Source: Malacoraja senta
Taxonomy: Eukaryota
Reading direction: 5' to 3'
Length of the DNA stretch: 64,000 nucleotides
Assembly (NCBI GenBank): GCA_038087875.1
Contig: JAXLNO010000146.1
Span: 868,001 to 932,000 of the forward strand
Shown one piece after another: positions 37,920 to 49,735 of the stretch. The number at the start of each line of letters is the position of its first letter. Within the stretch, counting starts at the first letter, position 1. Position numbers and translations under genes: made by a program. The notes under the pieces were generated by a model. It was not told the origin of the DNA and did no database searches. It was given only the letters and a program-made list of their open reading frames with translations.

Positions 37920-39310
37920 GTTCAGTGCCCCAGTGCTTCAAACAATCCACCATCATTCCTGTGCCCAAGTCTAACACAACATCCTGCCTCAATGACTATA
38001 GACCGATTGCCCTTACATCTGTGGCCATGAAGTCATTTGAGCGCATTATTCTCGCTCAACTCAAAACCAGCACTTCCTCCAACATGGACCCACATCAATT
38101 CGCATATAGAGCCAACAAGTCAGTAGAAGACACAGTCAACCTGGCCATCCATCACACTCTGCAACACCTGGAAACCGCCAACACATACGCCCGCATCCTG
38201 TTCATGGACTTCAGTTCGGCATTCAACTCCATCAACCCGGTCAAACTCTTCCATAAATTAACGGACATGAACATTGACCCCTGCATCTGTCATTGGATCT
38301 ATAGCTTCCTTTGGAACAGACAACAGAGGGTGAAGATACATAACACCATATCTCACCCTCTGCACCTCAGTACAGGAGCCCCTCAGGGCTGCGTCTTGTC
38401 ACCCTGGTTATTCTCACTCAACACAAATCAACTCACATCCCAGTATAGTTCAGTCAAAATATATAAATACGCAGATGACACAACCATCATAGGTCTCATC
38501 TCTAACAACAACGAAACAGAATACCGCACTCAAACAAACAAAGCAGTCACTTGGTGCACAGATAATAACCTCCTACTCAACACATCAAAAACACATGAAC
38601 TTATCATTGATCTCAGACTTAAGGCACAACCCAAGACCCCCCTACTCATCTCTGGCGAACCCATATCCACCACTGACTCATTCAAATTTCTTGGCACTCA
38701 CATAAGCAATAACCTCAAATGGAAAATCAATTCAGATCACATTTATAAAAAAGCCAACCAAAGACTTTTCTTTCTCCGTCAGCTCAAGAAGTTCAGTGTG
38801 GAAACATCTCCTAATCCGATTTTACACAGCCATCATCCAAAGCATGCTCACTTCATCAATAACAGTTTGGTACAGCAGTTTAGACACTCACTCCCGTAAT
38901 AAACTACAGCGCATTGTCAACAAAGCATCCAAATTCATCAGCACTCCCCTCCCATCAATAGAATCACTCAATCTCAAACGGTCCGTGTCAAGGGTGAAGA
39001 AAATCATTTCTGATCCCTCCCACCCAGCTCACCACATCTTCCACTTGCTGCCGTCAGGAAGGCGCTACAGCTCACTGCCCGCCAAAACATCACGATTTAA
39101 AAACAGTTTCTACCCATATGCAATTCGAACTCTGAACACTCTATGACAACATCACACAGCCACCTCGTGCATGTACTGTATACTGTATGTTGTTGTGTTT
39201 TATGTTATGTTTGACGGGAATCAGCCTATTGTGTAACATCCTGTACTGAACATGAATTCCACCAGGTTGACTGTGTGGTCATTAAATAATCTGAATCTGA
39301 ATCTGAATGT
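37920..39310 (+). mobile_element. Rex1/Babar-type LINE RT, 5'-truncated, one frameshift
   Basis: [48 protein letters not shown]; (tctgaa)n tail. Confidence 0.9.
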
Positions 39311-41436
39311 GATTGTAAGGCTAATTCCACATTCCTGCCTGTGCCCATAACTTTTTACCCCTTTATTGAAGTGCCGTTGAGACTTTGCTTCCACTGTGTG
39401 GTGCAGCTGATCAATCTGCTGCCTCATAGTATTAGAGACCTGGGTTTGATCCTGACCTTGGGTGCTGTCAGAGTGGAGTTTGTCGCATAGGTTTCCTCTC
39501 ACATCCAAAGGTGTGCAGGTGTGTAGAATAATTGGCCTCTGTGAATTCCAGAGTGGTGCAGCGGTAGACTTTAGAGATGCAGTGTGGAAACTGGCCTTTT
39601 GGCCCACCGGGTTCAGCACCAAAGACCCGGTTTGATCGTGGCTACAGGTGCAGTCTGTAGGGAGTTTGTACATTCTCCCTGTGACCACGTGAGTTTTCTC
39701 CGGGTGCTCCAGTTTCCTCACATATTCTAAAGACGGGCAGGTTTGCAAGTTAATTGGCTTCCATAAATTTCGCTAGTGTGTCGGATATGAACCTGGGATA
39801 TGAAGCGGTGACCGATGATCGGCATGGAGTATTGCAAGCAGTTCTGGTTGGCCCGATACAGAATGTGGAGGCTATGGAAAGGGTGCAGAAGGGGTTTACC
39901 AGAATGATATAATAAAAAGCAACTGCAGGTGCTTGATTATGCCTAAGATAGACACAAGATGCTGGAGTAACTCAGCATCATGATGCTGCCTGACCCACTG
40001 AGTTACTGCAGCATTTTGTGTTTAACAAAATGATGCCTGGCTTAGGGGGGTTTTCGCAACAGGGAAAGGTTGAACAGTCTTGGATTTTTTTTTCTCTGGA
40101 ATGCCAGAGGTTGCGAGGTGAACTGATTGAAGTAAATAAAATGATGGGAAGCATAGATAATGTTGACAGAACCTATTTCCCAGGTTGAGAAATATCAAAT
40201 ACTAGAGGGTATAGCTTTAATGTGAGAGGGGCAAAGTTTAAAGGAGATGTGTGGAGCAAGTTTATACACATAGGTCATTGAGTGTCTGCAACACACTTGT
40301 TCATCAAAGCCCTGAAACCTAACCACCCCAGTTATGAATACAATTTCCATTGCAAAAACACTTCTAGCTGGCCCAATTATTTGCTGTGCCTGCATTTCAG
40401 CCTTTTGTAAACCATGTACAAGGAGAACCAACAATAGACACAAAGTGCTGGGGTCGTCAGCGGCTCAGCCGGCATCTCCGGAGAAAAAGGATAAGTGATG
40501 TTTTAGATCGGAAACATTCTAAACCAATATGTAGAGGAACCAACTAGAGGGCAGGCCATCCTGGACTGGATATTGTGTCATGAGGAAGGATTAGTTAGCA
40601 ATCTTGTTGTGCAAAGCCTCTTGGGCAACAATGACCATAATATGGTAGAATTCTGCATTAAGATGGAGAGTAACACAGTTAATTCAGAGACAAGGGTCCT
40701 GAACTTAAGGAAAGGTAACTTTGATGGTATGAGACAGGAATTGGCTGGGATAGACTGGCAAATGATACTTAAAGGGTTGACGGTGGATATGCAATGGTAA
40801 AGATTTAATGGATGGATGAATTACAACAATTGGTCATCCCTGTCTGGCGCAAAGATATAACAGGGAAGGCGGCTCAACCGTGGCTAACGAGGGAAATGAG
40901 GGATAGTGCTAAATCCAAGGAAGGGGCATATAAATTGACCAGAGGAAGCAGCAAACTGGAGGACTGGGCGAAAATTTAGAATTCAACAGAGGACAAAGGG
41001 GTTGATTAAGAGTGGAAAAATGAAAGAAAGCTTGCAGGGAATACAAAAACTGACTGTAAAAGCTTCTTTTAGATGTGTGAAGAGGAAAAGATTAGTGAAG
41101 ACAAATGTAGGTCTCTTACAGTCAGAAACAGGTGAATTTATAATGGGAATCAAGGAAATGGCAGACCAGTTAAACAAGTACTTTGGTTCTGTCTTCACTA
41201 AGGAAGACACAATCTCCCTGAAATACATGGGGACCGAGGATCTAGCGCAGAGGTCGGCAACCTTGTTCTGCATAGGAGCCGGGACACATGTCTGTGGGCG
41301 GATGGCGGGCCATATCTATCACGTGTACACATGGATCCCGCCCCAGATGGCAGGCATCACGTGTTCACAGAACGCAGACAAAAATGCTGGAGAAACTCAA
41401 CGGGTGAGACATGCAAGCATTTTTGTCTACCTTCGA

Positions 41437-44400
41437 CAGACCAGAGAAGTTCTTTATGGTGTTAAGGGAGTTTTGTGTGGAGTGTTTTATCCGGCTAGAA
41501 TGCGTATCACCTTTGAGGGAGTGTCAAAAACATTCACTAATTCGGATGAATCTCTCAAATACGCTCAAGAAATCGCGACTAAGGCTGCATCAACTGGAGA
41601 TTGAAAACCAAGACGACATGAACAAACGAACTTGCTTATTCTTCCAACAAGAGTATCACAAGGAAAGTGAATTAACTGAACACTGATTTTTTATTTTTTA
41701 TTTGACTTCAAGCAACAGATTCTTAGTGAGACGTGGCTAGACATTATTATCTTCGCTGGAACATTGTGCTATGTAATTCAAGGACACTACGTGCTCAAAC
41801 GAGGAAAACCTGATAACACGGGACGAACTGCTGGGCTGAGAGTGAAAAACATCACATGGCTTATATTGTTTATAAAAAACTGAAAAAACTGAGAACTAAT
41901 AATAATTAACAATTAACAATACTAATATAGAAATAGCAATTGAAATAGATAAAAAATGTGCAGTCTGCTCTGTTTAGCAGATAACAGCAAGTGCTATGCA
42001 GCTCGAGAGTGGAGGGAGGGGGAGACGGGGTACCTGGCATAACTCCAGGAGCCAGACTCCCGTTAACCCTTCCAGCGAACAGCTCATTTTTAACAATATT
42101 AAAATCAATTTAAAATAGTTAAGAGATAATATACACTCGAGGTTGATATGAAAAATATATACGGCTTATATAGTTTTACAAAATGCTGAGAATTAATCAT
42201 AATTAATAATTAACAATACTAATATAGAAATAATATTTGAAACTGATAAAACTGTGGTGCCTGCGTCATAACGCAGACAGCAGTTATCACCTATGTTCGC
42301 AGCTCGTGGAGAGGAGAGGAGATCAGGCACCTGGCACAATTCCAGGAACCTGACTCCGGTTAATCCACTCAGTAAACCGCTCACTTTAACAATACTAAAT
42401 TCATTTTAAAATAGTTAAGAGATAAAGAGTGAGTAGGATATGGAATCGAATACATTTGACATATATATAAATTGTAACTGGGTGAAATAGAACTGAATTG
42501 GAAACGGTAATGACCCCATAGATTTTGGGTAATAAATACAGCGGGGCTAACTTTATACCAACTACGCCGGAAGCGTTATGGATGTCGTACCCCACAGACG
42601 AGTGGGCCACTCACTACGGTGTTGAAATTTTAGACACCGTAAATTTATTTGATTTATATATATTTTTTTTAATCACAATATGTCACATCTGTGTGTTTTT
42701 TCTTCAAGGACAATCGCGCAGGAGAACTACCAAGGAAGTCTATAATAGAAATACTCCCAAAATAACCAGAGTCCGGAGGTATGAACGCACCACAATAATT
42801 AAGGTCATTAAAACTGGTAAAAATGCATGACGACAATCAAAAGAAAATAGGAGGAATCACATTATGTAGTTGGAATATAAGGGGGATTAATGAACCTATT
42901 AAAAGGGGCAAGATACTAGCTCAGTTGAAATCATACAACACGGACATTGCGTTTCTACAGGAAACACATCTTAAACAGCAAGATCAGACAAGACTGAGGG
43001 CGAACTGGATAGGCCAAACATTTCACTCTTCATTTACCTCCAAATCTAGAGGTACTGCAATTATTATTCGTAAAGGAATTCCATTTAAATCAAAGAACAC
43101 TATTTTAGATAAGGAAGGGAGATATCTTATAGTAGCAGGGGAGATCAATAATATGCCAATTACGCTGGTAAACATATATGCGCCCAACTTTGATAACCCT
43201 CAATTTTTTAATAAAATTCTGAATATAATTGCAGAATCTAATTATCAAAATGTTATAATCGGAGGAGATTTTAATTGTGTTTTAGATCCTTATTTAGATA
43301 AATCGATGCAAAAACAAAAAGGTCAGACGAAATCTAAAACCAGTGAACTCTTACACACATATATGGAAAACACAAATATAACAGATGTATGGAGGATTGC
43401 AAACCCGACGGGAAGGGATTACTCGTTTTATTCAATGGTGCATAAAACATATTCACGGATAGACTATTTTCTTGTGGATACAAAATTAATTTCGCAATCT
43501 CTGAATCCTAAATATCATATTAATGCGATCTCAGATCATTCTCCGTTAACTTTTGTTCTAAAACTAGAAGGAATGTCTATGAATAAACCGTTCTGGAGGT
43601 TTAACTCACAAATTTTAAAAGACCCTCAAGGGAGTATCTATCTAAAAAAACAGATGGATCTATTTTTTGAGTTAAATGATACACCAGAGATATCCCCCAC
43701 GTTATTATGGGAATCCTTCAAAGCATTTATAAGAGGAGTCATTATTTCATTTCAAGCTTATCAAAATAAAAAGAATAAGAATGAACAAAGACACTTAGAA
43801 GATCAAATAAAACAGTTAGATATAGATAATGCTAAAGACCCAACTATGGATAAACATAATAAAATACTACTACTGAAATTTCAGTTAAATAAATTACTGT
43901 CAGAGAAAGTTATAACATTATTTCAAATCACAAAACAAGAACACTTCGAATTCGGGGACAAACCCCACAAACTTCTAGCACGACAACTTAAAAAACGGGA
44001 AAAAGAGAATGCAATATTAAAGATTAAATCAGATAGAGGGGAAGTATTAACACTACCCAAGGATATTAATAAAAGATTTGCTCAATTTTACCAGAATCTA
44101 TACACATCTAAAACGTCAATAGACAATAATAAAATCTCAGAATTTTTAGATAATTGTAATCTACCACAATTAGAACGCAGGGAACAAGAGGAACTGGGAG
44201 CACAAATTACTTCTAAGGAGATAGAAGACACAATAAAAACACTAAAAAATGGAAAAACACCAGGACCAGACGGATTCAGTAATGAATTTTATAAATCTTT
44301 TTATGATATAGTTACTCCACGATTACAAAAAATGTATACATATGCTTATAAAGAGCAAAACCTACCTGAAACACTAGCGGAATCAACGATCATATTAATA

Positions 44401-47057
44401 CTTAAAAAAGATAAAAATATAGAAGAACCAGGATCATATAGAGCTATTGCTTTGTTAAATACGGATCAGAAAATAATAGCAAAAACATTAGCCAATAGAT
44501 TAAGCAAGTATGTTAGTAGACTAATACATGAGGATCAAACAGGATTTATACCTAAGAGACACTCATTTAATAATTTGAGACGTTTGCTTAACATAATGCA
44601 TTCACATAAATCTTATGACCAAGAGTTAGCTATCATCTCACTGGACGCAGAAAAAGCGTTTGATCAAGTAGAATGGGACTATATGATCAAAGTATTGCAA
44701 AAATTCCAATTGGGAGAAAACTTTATTGCATGGATAAAACTACTATATAACAAACCTACGGCTAGAATACTAACTAATAATATATTATCTTCAAAATTCG
44801 AATTATCTAGGGGCAACAGACAAGGATGCTCACTATCACCGCTGTTATTTGCTTTGGTAATTGAACCCCTTGCTGAAAAAATAAGAACACACTCGAATAT
44901 TCACGGTTATAACACAAAATATTCAAACAACAAACTATCCCTATATGCTGATGATGTACTACTGTACATCACAAAACCACAAATTAGTATACCAAATATA
45001 TTAAACTTAATTGAGGACTTTGGATCCTTTTCAGGATATAGAATAAATTGGAACAAAAGTGAAATTATGTCGATTAAACCAAAAGACTCAACACATCTCA
45101 GGAAATTCCCTTTTAAAATAGCTATGGAAAAATTCAAATATTTAGGAATTGAGATTACTAGAAATTACCATGATGTGTTTAAAGCTAATTATAATCCCCT
45201 ACTTAAGAAATTAAATAATCTGATTAAATTTTGGAAAACACTTCCGATGTCCTTAATAGGTAGGATAAATGCTATAAAAATGATTTTCTTACCACAAATC
45301 CTTTACCTATTTCAATCAATACCTATATATCTCCCAAAAAAGTTTTTCAAAAAACTGGACTCAGACATTACAAATTTTATATGGGATTACAAATCCCACA
45401 GAATACAAAGAACACACCTTAACAAACGAAAAGAGTTGGGGGGTCTAGCGCTCCCTAACTTTATATATTATAACTGGGCAGTAAATATTAAAAATATGAT
45501 TCACCTGCTGGACAATTCTGCCCAGCAGGTGGACTGGATTATAATGGAAAAAGGGGATTGCTCCCCGAATAATATAGGAGCGATTATTCTCTCTCCAATA
45601 AATTTGAATAATAAAAATTATAATAAAAATCCAATTATATATAGCACTATTAGAACATGGAAGCAAATAAAACAGAATCTAAAATTAAGAAACCTATCTC
45701 TCTTAATACCAATAGTCAATAACCCAGCGTTTAAACCTTCAATCATAGATAAAGCATTTATACAATGGGAAAGAATGGGAATTAAAACGCTCGAAGATCT
45801 GTATGAATTAGAAAAATTACTATCATTTCAACAACTACAACTGAAATATAATCTGAAAAATAATCAATATTTTAAATATCTACAAATCTGTGACTATTTG
45901 AAAACACACACAAAAGATTATTATAATATGCCTTCCGACTTACTAGATGAAGCAATGAAGACAAAGGCGGAATCAGTTAATTTAATATCATACTTATATA
46001 ATATCATCTTAAATATAGAAATACCCACAACAGATGGAATTAGAAGAGATTGGGAACAAGATCTAGGTATAAAAATTTCAAAAGAGAATTGGGATAATCA
46101 TTTATTACAGGTGCATAAATGCTCGATCAACGTACGACATACGCTTATCCAATTTAAAACATTACATAGATTATATTATTCAAAAACCAAACTAAATAAA
46201 ATCTTTCCTAACGTCTCACCAATCTGTGATAAATGTATATGTCAAGAAGCTACCATAGCACATTCTTTTGTTTTTTGTACAAAAATCCAAAAATTCTGGT
46301 TTGAAATATTTGATATTTTTTCAAAATTAATCAAAATAAAACTGGTACCAAAACCAGAATGGATTATTTTTGGAATATCGGAAGGTATTCCTGAATTAAA
46401 CGTGTATCAGAAGAATTTACTCAATTATGGGCTAATAATGGGAAAAAAGCTTATACTTAAATTCTGGAAAAATGCGCCCACACCAACAATAAAAATGTGG
46501 ACATCAAATATGTTGGAAACATTACATCTGGAAGAGATGAGATTCCTCCTAGTAGGCAAAGTAGATCAATTTCAAAAGACGTGGTCTACGTTTTTGGACC
46601 TATTACAAGCATGAGGTGCAATAGTAATTTAGAAAAACAAATAAATAAATAAAAGGTATCTGGACCTGGTAATGGGAGGTAAAATAAAAACAGACTTGGT
46701 TGGTAGTTCCTTCTCTATGAAGTATGGTATAAGAGTTATAATAGAGCGATTGTTCCTTCTTTCTTTCTCTTTTTTTTTTCTAGGGTCTATTTTCTAACTT
46801 TACTTCCTTCTCTAACTTCTTTTCTAAGGGGCTTTCTTTTCCCAACACTCTTTTGCACTTCACAACCTTTGCGCACTTTCTTCACTTTTCTTACTTCTTT
46901 CTTTTTCTTTCTTAAAGTTTAAAAAAAGTGAAGCGGTACAAAAAATGTATTAATATATACGTGTTGTACATTACTGTAATCTACCGTACTTCTAAAAAAT
47001 AAAAAAAAATAAAAAAAATAAATAAATAAATAAATAAAATAAAAATAAAAAAAAAAA
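41437..47057 (+). mobile_element. 5'-truncated young L1-clade LINE (ORF1 3' end, 1.2-kb spacer, intact ORF2, 3' UTR, A-rich tail)
   Basis: ORF1 CTD-like FYPARMRITFEG...F ending at 41604; ORF2 42823-46614; A-rich tail 46995-47057; 57-bp target duplication. Confidence 0.93.
42823..46614 (+). CDS. L1 ORF2p: APE endonuclease + reverse transcriptase + C-terminal Cys/His motif, uninterrupted 1263 aa
   Basis: SWNIRG, LQETH, NIYAPN, GGDFN, SRIDY, SDH (EN); KTPGPDG, SLDAEKAFD, RQGCSLSP, LYADD (RT); CDKC...HSFVFC. Confidence 0.96.
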   Translation: MHDDNQKKIGGITLCSWNIRGINEPIKRGKILAQLKSYNTDIAFLQETHLKQQDQTRLRANWIGQTFHSSFTSKSRGTAIIIRKGIPFKSKNTILDKEGRYLIVAGEINNMPITLVNIYAPNFDNPQFFNKILNIIAESNYQNVIIGGDFNCVLDPYLDKSMQKQKGQTKSKTSELLHTYMENTNITDVWRIANPTGRDYSFYSMVHKTYSRIDYFLVDTKLISQSLNPKYHINAISDHSPLTFVLKLEGMSMNKPFWRFNSQILKDPQGSIYLKKQMDLFFELNDTPEISPTLLWESFKAFIRGVIISFQAYQNKKNKNEQRHLEDQIKQLDIDNAKDPTMDKHNKILLLKFQLNKLLSEKVITLFQITKQEHFEFGDKPHKLLARQLKKREKENAILKIKSDRGEVLTLPKDINKRFAQFYQNLYTSKTSIDNNKISEFLDNCNLPQLERREQEELGAQITSKEIEDTIKTLKNGKTPGPDGFSNEFYKSFYDIVTPRLQKMYTYAYKEQNLPETLAESTIILILKKDKNIEEPGSYRAIALLNTDQKIIAKTLANRLSKYVSRLIHEDQTGFIPKRHSFNNLRRLLNIMHSHKSYDQELAIISLDAEKAFDQVEWDYMIKVLQKFQLGENFIAWIKLLYNKPTARILTNNILSSKFELSRGNRQGCSLSPLLFALVIEPLAEKIRTHSNIHGYNTKYSNNKLSLYADDVLLYITKPQISIPNILNLIEDFGSFSGYRINWNKSEIMSIKPKDSTHLRKFPFKIAMEKFKYLGIEITRNYHDVFKANYNPLLKKLNNLIKFWKTLPMSLIGRINAIKMIFLPQILYLFQSIPIYLPKKFFKKLDSDITNFIWDYKSHRIQRTHLNKRKELGGLALPNFIYYNWAVNIKNMIHLLDNSAQQVDWIIMEKGDCSPNNIGAIILSPINLNNKNYNKNPIIYSTIRTWKQIKQNLKLRNLSLLIPIVNNPAFKPSIIDKAFIQWERMGIKTLEDLYELEKLLSFQQLQLKYNLKNNQYFKYLQICDYLKTHTKDYYNMPSDLLDEAMKTKAESVNLISYLYNIILNIEIPTTDGIRRDWEQDLGIKISKENWDNHLLQVHKCSINVRHTLIQFKTLHRLYYSKTKLNKIFPNVSPICDKCICQEATIAHSFVFCTKIQKFWFEIFDIFSKLIKIKLVPKPEWIIFGISEGIPELNVYQKNLLNYGLIMGKKLILKFWKNAPTPTIKMWTSNMLETLHLEEMRFLLVGKVDQFQKTWSTFLDLLQA

Positions 47058-47380
47058 TGCTGGAGAAACTCAACGGGTGAGACATGCAAGCATTTTTGTC
47101 TACCTTCGATTTTTCCAGCATAGGCAGTTCTTTCTTAAACGTGTTCACAGAAGGTGTGTGGCCGTGCTGGCGACTTTGTGCAGGATGCGGTACAGCCAGA
47201 GCTCGGCCGCGCTCGGGGCGTTGCTGCTCGAGGCGCTCGGCCACTGCTCGGGGCGCTCGGCCGCTGCTCGGGGCGCTCGACGGGCCGGATGATTACGGGG
47301 GGGAAAATCCGCCTGCGGGCCGGAAGATTTCGGGTTACGGGCCGCGATCGGCCTGGGTTGCCGACCCCTGATCTAGCGTG

Positions 47381-47510
47381 TTAAAGAAGGAACTGCAGAT
47401 GCTGGAAAATCGAAGGTACACAAAAATGCTGGAGAAACTCAGGGGGTGCAGCAGCATCTATGGAGCGAAGGAAATAGCCAAAGTTTCGGGCCGAAACCCT
47501 TCTTCAGACT
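47381..47510 (-). mobile_element. Solo Penelope pseudo-LTR end with hammerhead-like core
   Basis: Near-identical to 381-510; flanked by CTGATCTAGCGTG / CTGATTTAGCGTG. Confidence 0.8.
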
Positions 47511-49324
47511 GATTTAGCGTGACGGAGGAACTGAAGGAAATTCACATTAGTCCTGAAATTCTGTTGGGTAAACTGTTAAGACTGAAGACAGATAAATCAC
47601 CAAGGTCTGATAGTCTGCATCCCAGAGTACTCAAGGTGGTGGCCCTAGAAATCATGGATGCATTGGTGATCATTGTCCAATGTTCGACAGACTCTGCATC
47701 AGTTCCTGTGGACTGGAAGGTAGCTAATGTAAATCAACTTTTTAAGAAAGGAGGGAGAGAGAAAACAGGGACTTATGGACCAGTTAGCCTGACCGTTAGT
47801 GGGGAAGATGCTTGAGTCGATTATTAAAGATGTAATAGCAGCGCATTTGGAAAGCACTGACAGGTGACAGTAGAATGGATAAGGGAGAGCCAGTGGAAGT
47901 GGAGTATTTGGGCTTTAAAAAGCCTTTGACAAGTCCCACACAAGAGATTAATGTGCAAAATTAGAGCACATGGTATTGGGAGTAGGGTATTGACATGAAT
48001 AGAGATCTGGTTGGCTGACAGGAAGCAAAGGGATATTTTCAGAATGGCAGGCAGTGACTAGTGGGTTGCCCCAAGGCTCAGTGCTGGGATCCCAGTTATG
48101 TACAATATATATTAACAATTTAGTCGAAGGAATTAAATGTAACATCTCCAAGTTTGTGGATGACACAAAGCTGGATGGCAATGTGAGCTGTGAGGAGGAT
48201 GTTATGAGGCTGCAGGGTGACTTGGATAGGTGAGTGGGTAGATGCATCCCTTGGATGGGTGAGTGGGCAGATGCAGTATAATGTGGATACATGTGAGGTT
48301 ATCCACTTTGGTGGCAAGAATAAGAAGGCAGATAATTATCTGAATGGTGTCAGATTAGAAAAAGGGGAGTTGCAACGAGACCTGTGTGTCCTAATACATT
48401 AGTTACTGAAAGCAAGCATGCAGGTACAGCAGGCAGTGAAGAAAGCAAATGGCATGTTGACCGTCACAACAAGAGGAGTTGAGCATAGGAGCAACGAGGT
48501 CCTACTACAGTTGTACAGGGCCCTGATGAGAGCGCAACTGGTCTGCTAATTTGAGGAAGGACATTCATGCTATTGAGGGAGTGTGGATTAGGTTCACCAG
48601 GGTTAACATATGATGAAAGAATGGATCGACTGGGCTTTTATTCACGGGAATTTCGAAGGATGAGAGGGGATCTGAAAGAAACATATTAAATGATTAAGGG
48701 ATTCGACAGGCTAGATGTAGGAAAAATGTTCCTGATATTGGGGGAGTCCAGAACCAGGGATCACAGTTTAAGTACAGAGTTGTGAATCTATGGAATTCTC
48801 TGCCACAGAAGGCAGTGGAGGCCAATTCACTGGATGTATTCAAGAGAGAGTTAGATAGCTCTTTGGGCTAACGGAATCAAGGGATATGGGGGAGATCGGG
48901 AACAGGGTACTGATTCTGGATGATCAACCGTGATCATATTGAATGGCGAAGGGCCGAGTGGCCTACTCCTCCACCTATTTTCTATGTTTCTATGTTCAGA
49001 CCTGTAGCGTCACCTATCCTTTTTCTCCAGAGATGCTGCCCGACCCGCTGAGTTACTCCAGAACTGCAGATGCTGGTTTAAACCAAAGATAGACACAAAA
49101 AGCTGGAGTAACTGAGCGGGTCAGACAGCATCTCTGGAAAAAAGGAATAGGCAACGTTTCAGGTCGAGACCATTCTTCAGGCCAGTCTGAAGGGTTTCGA
49201 TCTGAAACGTCGCTATTCCTTTTCTCCAGAGATGTTGTCTGACCCGCTGTGTCACTCCAGCTTTTTGTGTCTATCCTGGAACATACTACCAGGGATGGTG
49301 GTGGAGGCAGCAGCAATAGTAAAA

Positions 49325-49735
49325 CATAGAAACATAGAAAATAGGACATTCGGCACTTCGAGCCAGCACCGCCATTCAATATGTTCATGGCTGATCATCC
49401 AGAATCAGTACCATGTTCCTGCATTTTCCCTATATCCCTTAATTCCGTTAGTCCTAAGAGCTATATCTAACTCTCTCTTGAATACATCCTGTGAATTGGC
49501 CTCCACTGCCCTCTGTGGCAGAGAATTCCACAGATTCACAACTCTCCGGGTGGAAAAACTTTTCCTCATCTCAGTCCTAAATGGCCTACCCCTTATTCTT
49601 AAACTGTGACCGCTGGTTCTGGACTCCCCCAACATCGGGAACATTTTTCCTGCATCTAGTGTGTCCAATCTCTTAATCATTTTATATGTTTCTATAAGAT
49701 AGCCTCTCATCCTTCTAACTTCCAGTGAATATAGT
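49325..49735 (-). mobile_element. CR1 3' fragment
   Basis: MRGYLIETYK...WNSLPQRAVEA. Confidence 0.85.

Larger units (their letters stand above)
41248..47370. mobile_element. Non-autonomous hAT (Charlie-type) element split by later insertions
   Basis: TIRs CAGAGGTCGGCAACC (41248) and GGTTGCCGACCCCTG (47356-47370); 8-bp TSD ATCTAGCG at 41240-41247 and 47371-47378. Confidence 0.85.
40520..48995 (+). mobile_element. Decayed CR1 LINE (40520-41247 continuing at 47521-48995), host of the nested insertions
   Basis: CR1 ORF2-like sequence stops at gaggatctagcg and resumes at gtgacggaggaactgaagg, collinear with the uninterrupted copy near 62070-62090. Confidence 0.85.

Noticed and set aside
41002..41604. 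200-aa ORF
   Set aside because: It reads through CR1, hAT, Penelope repeat and the L1 ORF1 end; a chance in-frame chimera with no promoter or splice evidence.
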